From: an uncultured Mycoplasmatota bacterium
GTDB lineage: Bacteria > Bacillota_I > Bacilli_A > RF39 > UBA660
Length of the DNA stretch: 40,391 nucleotides
Assembly (NCBI GenBank): GCA_900551925.1
Contig: URXR01000002.1
Span: 1-40,391, forward strand
Direction of reading: 5' to 3'
Below the pieces are notes generated by a model. The model searched no databases, had not been told where the DNA came from, and worked only from the letters and a program-made list of their open reading frames with translations. Of this stretch, positions 1 to 8,142 are shown in pieces. Both the position numbers and the translations under genes were made by a program. The number at the start of each line of letters is the position of its first letter. Position 1 is the stretch's first letter.

Positions 1-1
1 T

Positions 2-556
2 TTTTTGGAAGTAGGGGAAACTTTAGATGATGCAGTTGGAGAATGTTATGATAAAGTTGCAAGAGTTATGAATATAGGTTATCCTGGAGGGCCTGTTGTT
101 GATAAACTTGCTCATTTAGGACATCATACATATAGTTTACCAATTCCTAAAAACGATGATAGTTTTGATTTTAGTTTTAGTGGATTAAAAAGTGCTGTTA
201 TAAATCTCGTTCATAACGAAGAACAAAGAGGAAATGAAATAAATAAAGAAGATTTAGCATGTTCTTTTCAAGATGCTGTTGTTGAAGAATTATCTTCTAA
301 AACAATTAGAGCAGTAAAAAAATATAAAGTTAATAATTTAATCCTTGCAGGTGGTGTTGCGGCTAATAAAGGAATAAGAGAAAAATTAACAAAACTTTCT
401 TTAGAAAATGGTATTAACTTTTCTTATCCAAGTATGAAATATTGTACTGATAATGCTACTATGATAGCAACAGCAGGATATTTCTGTTATAAATTAAAAA
501 ATGATGACTGGTATAATTTAATTTTAAATGGTGTATCTAGTGAAAAATTATCTTAA
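2..556 (+). CDS. tsaD: tRNA N6-adenosine threonylcarbamoyltransferase TsaD, C-terminal ~184 aa (5' end lies upstream of the window)
   Basis: The frame is open to the window edge. GECYDKVARVMNIGYPGGPVVDKLA and LAGGVAANKGIREKL...CTDNATMIA are conserved Kae1/TsaD motifs. The track's M at 5 is only an in-frame TTG. Confidence 0.9.
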   Translation, partial: FLEVGETLDDAVGECYDKVARVMNIGYPGGPVVDKLAHLGHHTYSLPIPKNDDSFDFSFSGLKSAVINLVHNEEQRGNEINKEDLACSFQDAVVEELSSKTIRAVKKYKVNNLILAGGVAANKGIREKLTKLSLENGINFSYPSMKYCTDNATMIATAGYFCYKLKNDDWYNLILNGVSSEKLS

Positions 557-653
557 AAAATAATAAAATTTATAAAAAAAAGAAATAATCATCTATTTTT
601 GTAATAAAATATACTAAAAAAGGAAAAAAATTAAAGAAATTTTAAAAAAGTTC

Positions 654-682
654 TTGTCAAAGTTTAATTTTTATAGTATCAT
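654..682 (+). promoter_or_regulatory. sigma-A-like promoter for the tRNA cluster (TTGTCA-17 nt-TATCAT)
   Basis: -35 TTGTCA at 654-659, a 17-nt spacer, and -10 TATCAT at 677-682, about 25 nt upstream of tRNA-Ile. Confidence 0.5.
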
Positions 683-706
683 TGATATTGCTTGGTGGTT
701 ATAGAT

Positions 707-783
707 GGGCTCGTAGCTCAGTTGGTTAGAGCACTACTCTGATAAGGTAGGGGTCGATGGTTCAAGTCCATCCGGGCCCACCA
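707..783 (+). tRNA. tRNA-Ile (anticodon GAU), CCA encoded
   Basis: Hand-folded cloverleaf: acceptor GGGCTCG/CGGGCCC, D arm GCTC-AGTTGGTTA-GAGC, anticodon stem CTACT/GGTAG with loop CTGATAA, T arm GATGG-TTCAAGT-CCATC, 3' ACCA. Confidence 0.9.
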
Positions 784-805
784 TTTATAATTTTTATTAT
801 TAAAT

Positions 806-882
806 GCCTCAATAGCTCAGTTGGTTAGAGCACTTGACTGTTAATCAAGGGGTCCTAGGTTCGAGTCCTAGTTGGGGCGCCA
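806..882 (+). tRNA. tRNA-Asn (anticodon GUU), CCA encoded
   Basis: Acceptor GCCTCAA/TTGGGGC, anticodon stem CTTGA/TCAAG with loop CTGTTAA, T arm CTAGG-TTCGAGT-CCTAG, 3' GCCA. Confidence 0.9.
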
Positions 883-890
883 TTTTTAAT

Positions 891-967
891 GGCCTGTTGG
901 TGAAGCGGTTGAACACACTGCCCTTTCACGGCAGCATTCACGGGTTCAAATCCCGTACAGGTCACCA
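891..967 (+). tRNA. tRNA-Glu (anticodon UUC), CCA encoded
   Basis: Acceptor GGCCTGT/ACAGGTC, anticodon stem CTGCC/GGCAG with loop CTTTCAC, T arm ACGGG-TTCAAAT-CCCGT. It closely resembles Bacillus tRNA-Glu. Confidence 0.9.
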
Positions 968-978
968 TTTTTGTTTAT

Positions 979-1006
979 AAAACCCTAAATTAGGGTTTTT
1001 TCTTTT
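979..1006 (+). terminator. intrinsic terminator of the tRNA cluster
   Basis: AAAACCCTAA / TTAGGGTTTT hairpin followed by a T-run. Confidence 0.7.
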
Positions 1007-1089
1007 GTAAAAATGATTATTTATAGGATAAACAAAAACTCTCAATATAATTGATAGAATAAAATAAAAATAGGAAAGGAAGTGAAAAA

Positions 1090-1848
1090 ATGAGTAAAAT
1101 ATACTTTAAATATCCTACTGCATTTGTTGGAATAACCACTAAATTCTCTAAAGATCATCCCGGTATAGATTTAGGCTGGAATAATAGTTATGGAGGACAA
1201 AATGCTCCAATCTATTCTGCCAGTGCTGGATATGTTTATGAAATAACAACTGCTGGAACTGCAGGTAATGCTGTAACTATAAGAAGAAACGATAAAACAA
1301 ATAATTGTACCTGGTATTTTAAATATAAACATCTGTCAAAAATAAATGTCAAAGAAGGTCAAAATGTTAATATATATACTAAAATTGGTAATATGGGAAA
1401 CACTGGAGGAGATTATGCTAGCCATCTCCACTTTGATGTTGTAAAATGTCCATATGGTTATGATTATACTCAAACAGAATCAACAAGAGCTAAATACTCT
1501 GTAGATCCTACTAAATATGTATATTTATATCCCGATCAATTTGTAGGAGAAAGTAAAAAACTAGTAAAAACTTATTCCGCATTAGGAGCTTATAAGACTA
1601 CTAGAAGTATGAATATACGATCAGGAGCCGGAACAAACTATAGAATTAAAAAAGTAAGTGAGCTTACTAAAGATGGCAAAAAGAAAGCTACCCTTCAAAA
1701 TCCTAATGCCTATGCAGCACTAAAAAAAGGAGCAACTTTTACAGCCAAAAAAATCTATAAAAATGCCGATGGCTCTATTTGGGCTAAAATACCATCTGGA
1801 TATATTTGTTTACAAGAAGGCTATACTTTTTACTGTAAAAAATTGTAA
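1090..1848 (+). CDS. M23 (LytM-type) metallopeptidase with C-terminal bacterial SH3 domain; no signal peptide visible
   Basis: HPGIDLG (HxxxD) and SHLHFDV (HxH) M23 zinc motifs. The C-terminal YKTTRSMNIRSGAGTNYRIKK...SIWAKIPSGYICL is SH3b-like. RBS AGGAAAGGAAG lies upstream of the ATG. Confidence 0.8.
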   Translation: MSKIYFKYPTAFVGITTKFSKDHPGIDLGWNNSYGGQNAPIYSASAGYVYEITTAGTAGNAVTIRRNDKTNNCTWYFKYKHLSKINVKEGQNVNIYTKIGNMGNTGGDYASHLHFDVVKCPYGYDYTQTESTRAKYSVDPTKYVYLYPDQFVGESKKLVKTYSALGAYKTTRSMNIRSGAGTNYRIKKVSELTKDGKKKATLQNPNAYAALKKGATFTAKKIYKNADGSIWAKIPSGYICLQEGYTFYCKKL

Positions 1849-1874
1849 AAAACTTAAACTATTATACCATCCCC

Positions 1875-1903
1875 TTGTTTTTTTGCATAAAATGTAGTAT
1901 AAT
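1875..1903 (+). promoter_or_regulatory. sigma-A-like promoter (TTGTTT-17 nt-TATAAT)
   Basis: -35 at 1875-1880 and consensus -10 at 1898-1903, 30 nt upstream of the ATG at 1933 (RBS AAAGGGGGA). Confidence 0.5.
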
Positions 1904-1932
1904 GTATACTGTTCGCTTGAAAGGGGGATAAT

Positions 1933-2391
1933 ATGGAAAATAAAAACATTTCTTATCAAAGAATAGATAATAAATATATTAAATGGCTATCTGATTATAG
2001 TAAAAAACATTCAAGTTTTGATGACAGTGGAGACTATTCATTAGAGACAACAGAAGAAACAAAAAGAAATATAATTCTAGTTTCTAATTTATATGAAGCT
2101 ATTGAATCTTATGCAAATTTTAAAGATATTCCTGCGAATGAATCAGATAATGAGTTTTTTCTAATTAAAAGCTATCATGTTAAATGTCAAGATGAAATAT
2201 TTCAAGTTGGTGTTATATCTGAAGATAGAACTATATTTTATTGTTCTTTATTAGCAGTAAATAATAATATAGAAGCTATTGATATTGATAATGTTATAGA
2301 GTATAGCAAAAGACAAAAGGTAAAAGCAACTAGAAATTTAATAGAACCCCAAAAACAAAGCTTAAAAAAACGCTCGCGTAAGAGAAAATGA
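1933..2391 (+). CDS. hypothetical protein, 152 aa, strongly basic C-terminal tail (KKRSRKRK)
   Basis: ORF with a good RBS, its own promoter and a terminator. I recognise no family motif. Confidence 0.6.
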   Translation: MENKNISYQRIDNKYIKWLSDYSKKHSSFDDSGDYSLETTEETKRNIILVSNLYEAIESYANFKDIPANESDNEFFLIKSYHVKCQDEIFQVGVISEDRTIFYCSLLAVNNNIEAIDIDNVIEYSKRQKVKATRNLIEPQKQSLKKRSRKRK

Positions 2392-2414
2392 TTTTTCATT
2401 TTCTCTTTTTTTTT
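2381..2414 (+). terminator. intrinsic terminator overlapping the stop codon
   Basis: AGAGAAAATGA / TCATTTTCTCT hairpin followed by T9. Confidence 0.75.
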
Positions 2415-3054
2415 ATAAGAATAATTAAGTAAAAATATTGAAATCAAACTAACAACTATGTATAATTATGATATAAAAAACTATAAGGAGTGAAGTAATA
2501 TGCAATTAAAAAATGTATATAAAAGCTCATCAAAAAATATCACTTCCCAAACAAAAAACTATAAACAAAAAATAATAAGGATATCGCTTTATATTATTGT
2601 ACTAGTAATTATAGCAATTTTAATATCGTTGCAAACAAATACAACTCTAGCAACAGACCTAAGTACAACAATAAAGCACGAAGAAATAACAACAAATAAT
2701 AAATCAAAAATAAACTTTTCAAATGATGATAATTATCTATATTTTAATACAGAACTTTTAAAGCCTACAAGTAATGAAACATTATACACAACAGCTACCA
2801 TAAATATGAGTAAAATTTGGTCAGAAGCCAGAAATAAAGAAATAACAGTAATATTAGAAAAAAGCACAAACAATCAAACTTATACAAGAGTAACAGCAGA
2901 AGAGCTATCTCAAAATAATACTATAACATTAATGGAAGATGAAGAACAAACAATAGCTAAGATGTATTATAGAGTATCAATAGAATTAGACAATGAAAAA
3001 GTAAAAGTGAGTGAAAGAAATATAGATCTAGATTTAAATGTAGAAACAGATATA

Positions 3055-4165
3055 AGATATAATTTTGAATTTGAAGAAAAACAACAAGAATTTGTAACTC
3101 CAGTAACTGGAGAATATAGAATAGAACTATGGGGAGCAGCAGGAAATTACTTTCCAAATAACATGAAAGAAGAAGTAGGAAAAGGTGCCTACACAGCAGG
3201 AACAATAGAATTAGAAGAAGGACAAGAATTATATATTTATACCGGAAAGAATTCTACAGATGAAGGAAATTTCTATACAGCCTCATTTAATGCTGGAAGT
3301 ACAGCGAAAGGAAAAGATAGGACAGATGAATATGGACACAACTCATCATCTGGCGGAGGAGCAACCGATGTAAGATTAGTAAGTGGAAATTGGAATAACA
3401 CAGCCTCTTTAAGATCAAGAATCATGGTAGCAGCAGGAGGCGGAGGAACTCACTATTATTTATCAACAGATGACAGAGTTATAGTAAAAGGTGAAGGCGG
3501 AGCCGCTGGAGGATTAATAGGATATCGAGGTTATCAAATGAGTGTTAAATATCCTTATAGCTTTAGCTGGACTTTTACCGAATATGATAGCAGTGTGCAT
3601 ACAGTTGCCACTTTAAATACACCATATGCCTATACCGGTGGTGGTTCTCAAAAAATAGGAGGTTCTACTAACACTTGTAAAATTGCCTCTTCTTGTGCAG
3701 AAAACGCTATGGGGCAAGCTGGATCATTAGGAATTGGAGGATCTGGTGCTCAATTAGTTGGAGGAGCTGGAGGAGGCGGAGGCTACTACGGAGGTGGTGG
3801 CGGAGGCCAATCATATGCTGATAATAGACCCGATAGTGGACTATGCCACTCCTCAGGAGCAGGAGGTTCATCATACATATCAGGACATACCGGAAGTATA
3901 GCCATAACTTCAGCAACAAATGAAAATCCTAAAGCAGGCTGTACGGAAACTGGAACAACTCCAGAAAGATATGTAGGAACAACTAATAATACTTGTTCTG
4001 TACATTATTCAGGGTTAACATTTACAGATACAGTAATGATAGATGGAGAAGGTTATAGCTGGACTAATAGAAGAGGAAGTAAACAAGCAATGCCAAGCTA
4101 TAATGAAGAAGAAATAGAAACAGGAAATTCCGGCAGTGGAGCAGCCAGAATAACAGCTTTAACCC
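3055..4165 (+). other. region encoding the glycine-rich domain (bacterial 'glycine-rich protein' family related to the ALK/LTK receptor GRD)
   Basis: FEFEEKQQEFVTPVTGEYRIELWGAAG, GGGATDVRLVSGNW...RSRIMVAAGGGG, GGAGGGGGYYGGGGGG, GAGGSSYISGHTG, GNSGSGAARITAL. The call rests on remembered family motifs. Confidence 0.65.
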
Positions 4166-4398
4166 TAGGGGCCGAAAGTAACCTATCAAAAACAAGTTCA
4201 ATAGTAATAACAAGTAAATATGTAGATGAAGATGGGATAGAAATAGGAGAAAGAGAACAAATATTAAAAAATGAAGGAGATAGTTATACAACAAATCCCA
4301 AAGACATAGAAGGATATATTTTAAAAGCAACCCCTTCAAATGCCAGTGGAACAGTAGGGGATGCAGACATAACAGTAACATATGTATATCAAAAATTA

Positions 4399-5177
4399 TA
4401 TACAGTCAGATATCAAAGTGATAATTATGGTAAAATAACAGGGAAAGAAGCTGAAGAGGTAATAGATAATAATAATCCAACCGGAACGACAGAAAGTTCA
4501 AATACAGGTTATCATTTAACATATTGGACAGCCAATAAAGATTTAACTTTAGAAGACGGAACTAAAAAAACATCAGGAACAAGTTTAACCATGAATGAAA
4601 TAAAAACAGTAGTAGTAACTGAAGATATAACTTTCACAGCCCATCATGAAATAAATAGATATAATATAATATATAAAAGTGATGAACACGGAACAATAAC
4701 AGGAATAACAAGCGAAACAGTAAACCACAATAATAGTCCAACTGGAACGACAGAAAGTTCTAACACAGGTTACCACTTAATCTATTGGACAGCAAATAAA
4801 GATATAACCTTAGAAGATGGAACAAAAAAACATCAGGAACAGGTTTAACTATGAATGAAATAAAAACAGTAGTAATAACCGAAGATCTAACTTTCACCGC
4901 TCATCATGAAATAAATAAGTATAACATAACTTATAAAAGCGATGAAAATGGAACAATAACTGGAAAAACTGAAGAAACAATATCATATGAAAATAATCCA
5001 ACCGGAACAGAAGAAGTACCAAATCCAGGATATTGTGAAGCTAAAGGTTGGGTAGCAGATAAAAAAGTAGAATTAAAAGATGGAAACACTGTAGAGGCCG
5101 GAAATATAATGACCTTTGAACAAATGCAAAATGTAATGGTAAAAGAAGACATCACCTTTACAGTATTACATGATCGC
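4399..5177 (+). repeat. three tandem ~261-nt (87-codon) coding repeats: 4399-4659, 4660-4919, 4920-5177
   Basis: Repeats 1 and 2 are very similar at the DNA level. Repeat 2 is 1 nt shorter, which is the frameshift. Repeat 3 is more diverged. The pattern Y.I.Y.SD..G.ITG...E.V....PTGT...P..GY....W is InlB B-repeat-like. Confidence 0.85.
4824..4830 (+). repeat. A7 homopolymer at the frame break; reads A-AAA-AAA in the upstream frame
   Basis: The sequence is gga aca aaa aaa cat. A8 (aca aaa aaa aca tca) would give TKKTSGTGLTMNEIK, matching repeat 1. Confidence 0.9.
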
Positions 5178-5849
5178 TGCTATGGAGAATTAACAATATT
5201 AAAAATAGATGAAGAGACAAAAAAAGTAATACAAGGAGTAGAATTTAGACTTTTGAATAAAGATGGAAGCGAAGCCAAAGATATTTATAATAATCCAATT
5301 GCTAATGTAACAACTAATGAACAAGGAATAGCTAGATTTATAAATGTACCATATGGTGACTATATACTAGAAGAAGTAAAAACAAATAGTTATTATAAAA
5401 TATTAGAAGAGCCAATAGAAATCACCTTTGGAGAAAATGAAGATGCAATAAATATAGAAAAGGTAAATAAAGAAGCAACCAGTTTTGTAATAAGTAATAT
5501 CCCGATAGACTTTAAAATGCTAAAAAAAGACATCGATACAGACAAAAATATAAAAGGAGCAGAATTTGAAATAATAGATGAAAATGGCAAAGTATTTAAA
5601 ACAATAACCATAAAAAATGAAATAGAAACAATTTCGATTCCAACTGGAAGTTATACATTAGTAGAAACAGTATCACCAGATGGTTATAAAACCTCAAACA
5701 TAGAAATTAATTTTAAAGTGCTAGAAGATGGGAATATCGAAATAACCGAAGAAGAAAGTAATTTATATGAATTAGAACAATCAGAAGAAGAAACAGACAA
5801 TGATAAAGATAGTCTAACAATATATAATGAAAAAACCGAAATATTAAAA

Positions 5850-5864
5850 ATACCGAATACTGGA
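5850..5864 (+). other. LPXTG-type sortase sorting motif (IPNTG)
   Basis: IPNTGS is followed by IKIITIVGGIVLILGGSYIIY and a basic tail RKYKD at the C-terminus. Confidence 0.8.
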
Positions 5865-5976
5865 AGCGAAATAAAGATAATAACAATAGTAGGAGGAATA
5901 GTCTTAATATTAGGAGGAAGCTATATAATTTACAGAAAATATAAAGACAGTAATTTTACTATTTAACCATTGTTTA

Positions 5977-6007
5977 AGAGAAAATAACTTTACGTTTTCT
6001 CTTTTTT
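5977..6007 (+). terminator. intrinsic terminator of the adhesin gene
   Basis: AGAGAAAA / TTTTCTCT stem with a 10-nt loop, followed by T6. Confidence 0.7.
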
Positions 6008-6049
6008 GTGATATAATTCATCATGGTTATAAAAGAGGGGGGTAATAAA

Positions 6050-7057
6050 ATGAATAATATAACAAATGCTAGAATTTTTAACACAAATCTTATAGATGGA
6101 CCAATGCGTTTTAAACATTATTTAGAGGAAAATTATGGTAATGTTCCTAAAAGAAAACAAACTGATTGGCTAGAATCTGAAGTAAAAAAAGAATTTTTAG
6201 GAAATAGAATAAAAGCTGGTTTAAAATATGGCTTTAATGGTAAAAAGATAATTGTCCCATATGATAATGATGAATATCCAAAAGGACATTATTTTGTCGC
6301 AGATGAAACAATATATAACAAAGATGATGACCTTTGGAATGTAGATATTCCAGCTGACATCGTACTTCTAAAAAAAGATAATCCTGGAATAGTAGTAGCA
6401 TACCCAGTATCAGATGATCCAGTAGTAATAATAGAGGATCAAGAAAATGGTGCTTTAGCGCTTACTCATTGTGATATAAATAAAATAAACAATAGAATCC
6501 CGGCTCATGCCATAACAGCTTTAGAAAAAGAAGTAGGATCTAATGTTAAAAACTTAAAAGTTTATATTGGTCCAAATTTAAAGAAAGAAAACAATATATC
6601 TTATTTATTTAAACCTAAAAATATCAAAAAACATAAAAATATTTGGGAAAATTGTATTGAAAGAGAAACCAAAATTATCATTGAACCTAAAATATATCAA
6701 AAATATCAAAAACAGTTAAAAACAGCCGAAAATTTAAAAAATAAATTAAGTATAGTGTCAAAAATACTAAAAGAATCAAAGGAATTTACACAAAGTAGAG
6801 GATTTCAATCTCCTAAGTTTTATCATATTTATCAAATAAATGAAGAACAAGCTATAAAAAATATTCTTTTAAAGCGAGGTATACAAGAAGAAAATATCAC
6901 TATTAATCAAGCTGATACTTTCAGTAGTGTTGGCTATTACTCAACAGCTAACTATGAAACAGGAAACGAAGCAGCTTTTGGTAAGTTCTTAGTAGGAGCT
7001 TATTATGAAGATACTTTCCCTGACTATGATGGTAGTTATAATACTAGAAAGTTATAA
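6050..7057 (+). CDS. hypothetical protein, possibly a divergent YfiH/PgeF (DUF152, laccase-domain) family member
   Basis: The start is moved to ATG 6050 (RBS AAGAGGGGGG, 8 nt upstream). ADIVLLKKDNPGIVVAYPVSDDPVV...ALALTHCDINK and the C-terminal FSSVGYYS...GKFLVGA line up loosely with the remembered ADxLxT..PGV...TADCxPV...AHAGWRG...FSYRR motifs. Confidence 0.35.
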   Translation: MNNITNARIFNTNLIDGPMRFKHYLEENYGNVPKRKQTDWLESEVKKEFLGNRIKAGLKYGFNGKKIIVPYDNDEYPKGHYFVADETIYNKDDDLWNVDIPADIVLLKKDNPGIVVAYPVSDDPVVIIEDQENGALALTHCDINKINNRIPAHAITALEKEVGSNVKNLKVYIGPNLKKENNISYLFKPKNIKKHKNIWENCIERETKIIIEPKIYQKYQKQLKTAENLKNKLSIVSKILKESKEFTQSRGFQSPKFYHIYQINEEQAIKNILLKRGIQEENITINQADTFSSVGYYSTANYETGNEAAFGKFLVGAYYEDTFPDYDGSYNTRKL

Positions 7058-7072
7058 AACTTTCTTTTTTTT
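7046..7072 (+). terminator. intrinsic terminator overlapping the stop codon
   Basis: AGAAAGTT / AACTTTCT stem with a 4-nt loop, followed by T8. Confidence 0.7.
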
Positions 7073-7139
7073 AGGTTCTTTTATTGCTTATTACTAATAA
7101 AAATGATACAATTACTTATATAAAAAAATGAGGTGAATT

Positions 7140-7388
7140 ATGGATAAAACTATAGTATTTAAAGTAGATGAATTAGAAAATTATATGATTACTGAAACTC
7201 TATCTTATGTTAATAATGCTCTAAATGAAAAAGGTTATAATGGCATTAGTCAAATAGTAGGATATTTAATGAGTGGAGATTTAGGATATATTTCTAGTTA
7301 TAAAGATGCTAGAAAAAAAATGCAAAAGTTAGAAAGAGAAAAAATTCTCGAAGCTTTATTAAAATATTATTTAAGGGATGTTAAGTGA
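7140..7388 (+). CDS. ireB: IreB-family regulatory phosphoprotein (UPF0297, YrzL-like)
   Basis: ALNEKGYNGISQIVGYLMSGDLGYISSYKDARKKMQKLEREKILEALLKYYL matches the UPF0297 signature. Its position directly upstream of ruvX matches B. subtilis yrzL-yrrK. Confidence 0.8.
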   Translation: MDKTIVFKVDELENYMITETLSYVNNALNEKGYNGISQIVGYLMSGDLGYISSYKDARKKMQKLEREKILEALLKYYLRDVK

Positions 7389-7801
7389 GATATTTAGGAC
7401 TTGATTTAGGAGCCAAATCTCTAGGAATAGCGCTTTCTGATCAAACTGGCACGATAGCATCTTTTTATAAAAATATTAAATTTACTGATCAAAATAAAAT
7501 GCTTGAAGAATTAAAAGAGATAATAGCAAAAGAACAACCAGATAAAATTATTTTAGGATATCCTAAAAATATGGATAATTCTGAAGGTGAAAGAGCTAAA
7601 GAAACCAAAAAATTTAAAGAAACTTTAGCCAAGATATATAATCAAGAAATAATCTTAGAAGATGAACGATTAACAACCAAAGTAGCAACCCAAACTTTAA
7701 TAGAAGCAGATCTTTCTAGGAAAAAAAGAAAAAAAATAATAGATGGCGTTTCTGCTGTATTAATATTACAATCTTATTTAGATAGAAAGGATAGAATATG
7801 A
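7385..7801 (+). CDS. ruvX: putative pre-16S rRNA nuclease / Holliday junction resolvase-like protein RuvX (YqgF)
   Basis: MRYLGLDLGAKSLGIALSD N-terminal RNase H-fold motif. ~138 aa, with a 4-nt overlap with ireB. Confidence 0.85.
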   Translation: MRYLGLDLGAKSLGIALSDQTGTIASFYKNIKFTDQNKMLEELKEIIAKEQPDKIILGYPKNMDNSEGERAKETKKFKETLAKIYNQEIILEDERLTTKVATQTLIEADLSRKKRKKIIDGVSAVLILQSYLDRKDRI

Positions 7802-8142
7802 AAGAAGAAGAAAAAAAGAAAATAGATGAAAACATCAAAGATTTGAATCAAGATTTAAGAGATGATATGTTTATAGGATTTAATGATCAAGGAGAAAAAA
7901 AGACTTTTTATAAATTACTGGAATTTGATTCAAGTGAAACAGGAAAACATTATTTAGCTTATACTGATAACGAAAAAGATGAAAACGGTAATTTAAAAGC
8001 CTATGGCTCAATTGTTATTCAAGATGGACCTTATATGAAACTAGAAAATATCACTAGTGAAAAAGAATGGAAAGTCATTGAAACAGCTTTAAAAGTACTT
8101 CAAGATGAATTAAAGGAAGCAAATAATGAGGAAAATAACTAA
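7798..8142 (+). CDS. DUF1292 (UPF0473, YrzB-like) protein
   Basis: FYKLLEFDSSETGKHYLAYTDNEKDENGNLKAYGSIV pattern, plus conserved position between ruvX and mltG. Confidence 0.7.
   Translation: MKEEEKKKIDENIKDLNQDLRDDMFIGFNDQGEKKTFYKLLEFDSSETGKHYLAYTDNEKDENGNLKAYGSIVIQDGPYMKLENITSEKEWKVIETALKVLQDELKEANNEENN

Larger units (their letters stand above)
2500..5966 (+). pseudogene. sortase-anchored mosaic surface protein split into 2500..4848 and 4851..5966 by a 1-nt frame change in an A7 run
   Basis: Domain order: N-terminal TM anchor, ALK/LTK-type glycine-rich domain, MucBP, three InlB-B/Flg_new-like repeats, two Cna-B/SpaA-like domains, IPNTG sorting signal. The second ORF continues repeat 2 exactly where the first ORF leaves it. 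Compare DGTKKTSGTSLTMNEIKTVVVTEDITFTAHHEIN in repeat 1 with DGTKK|HQEQV* followed by MNEIKTVVITEDLTFTAHHEIN. RBS AAGGAGTGA lies before ATG 2500. The C-terminus is IPNTGS + hydrophobic helix + YRKYKD. Confidence 0.85.

Noticed and set aside
1007-1089. A cyclic-di-AMP (ydaO-type) or other riboswitch upstream of the M23 peptidase
   Set aside because: The leader is only about 80 nt, almost entirely A/T, and lacks any of the conserved GC-rich cores I remember for cell-wall-hydrolase-associated riboswitches.
2238-2447. Minus-strand 69-aa ORF overlapping the end of the 1933..2391 gene
   Set aside because: It overlaps the plus-strand gene and its terminator hairpin, has no RBS, and has hydrophobic shadow-ORF composition.
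2957-5611. Seven minus-strand ORFs from the track (2957..3205, 3707..3919, 4064..4381, 4585..4776, 4931..5155, 5393..5611 and similar) inside the adhesin gene
   Set aside because: They lie antisense to a long, motif-rich coding frame, give Leu/Phe-rich low-complexity translations, and have no RBS. These are typical shadow ORFs in AT-rich DNA.
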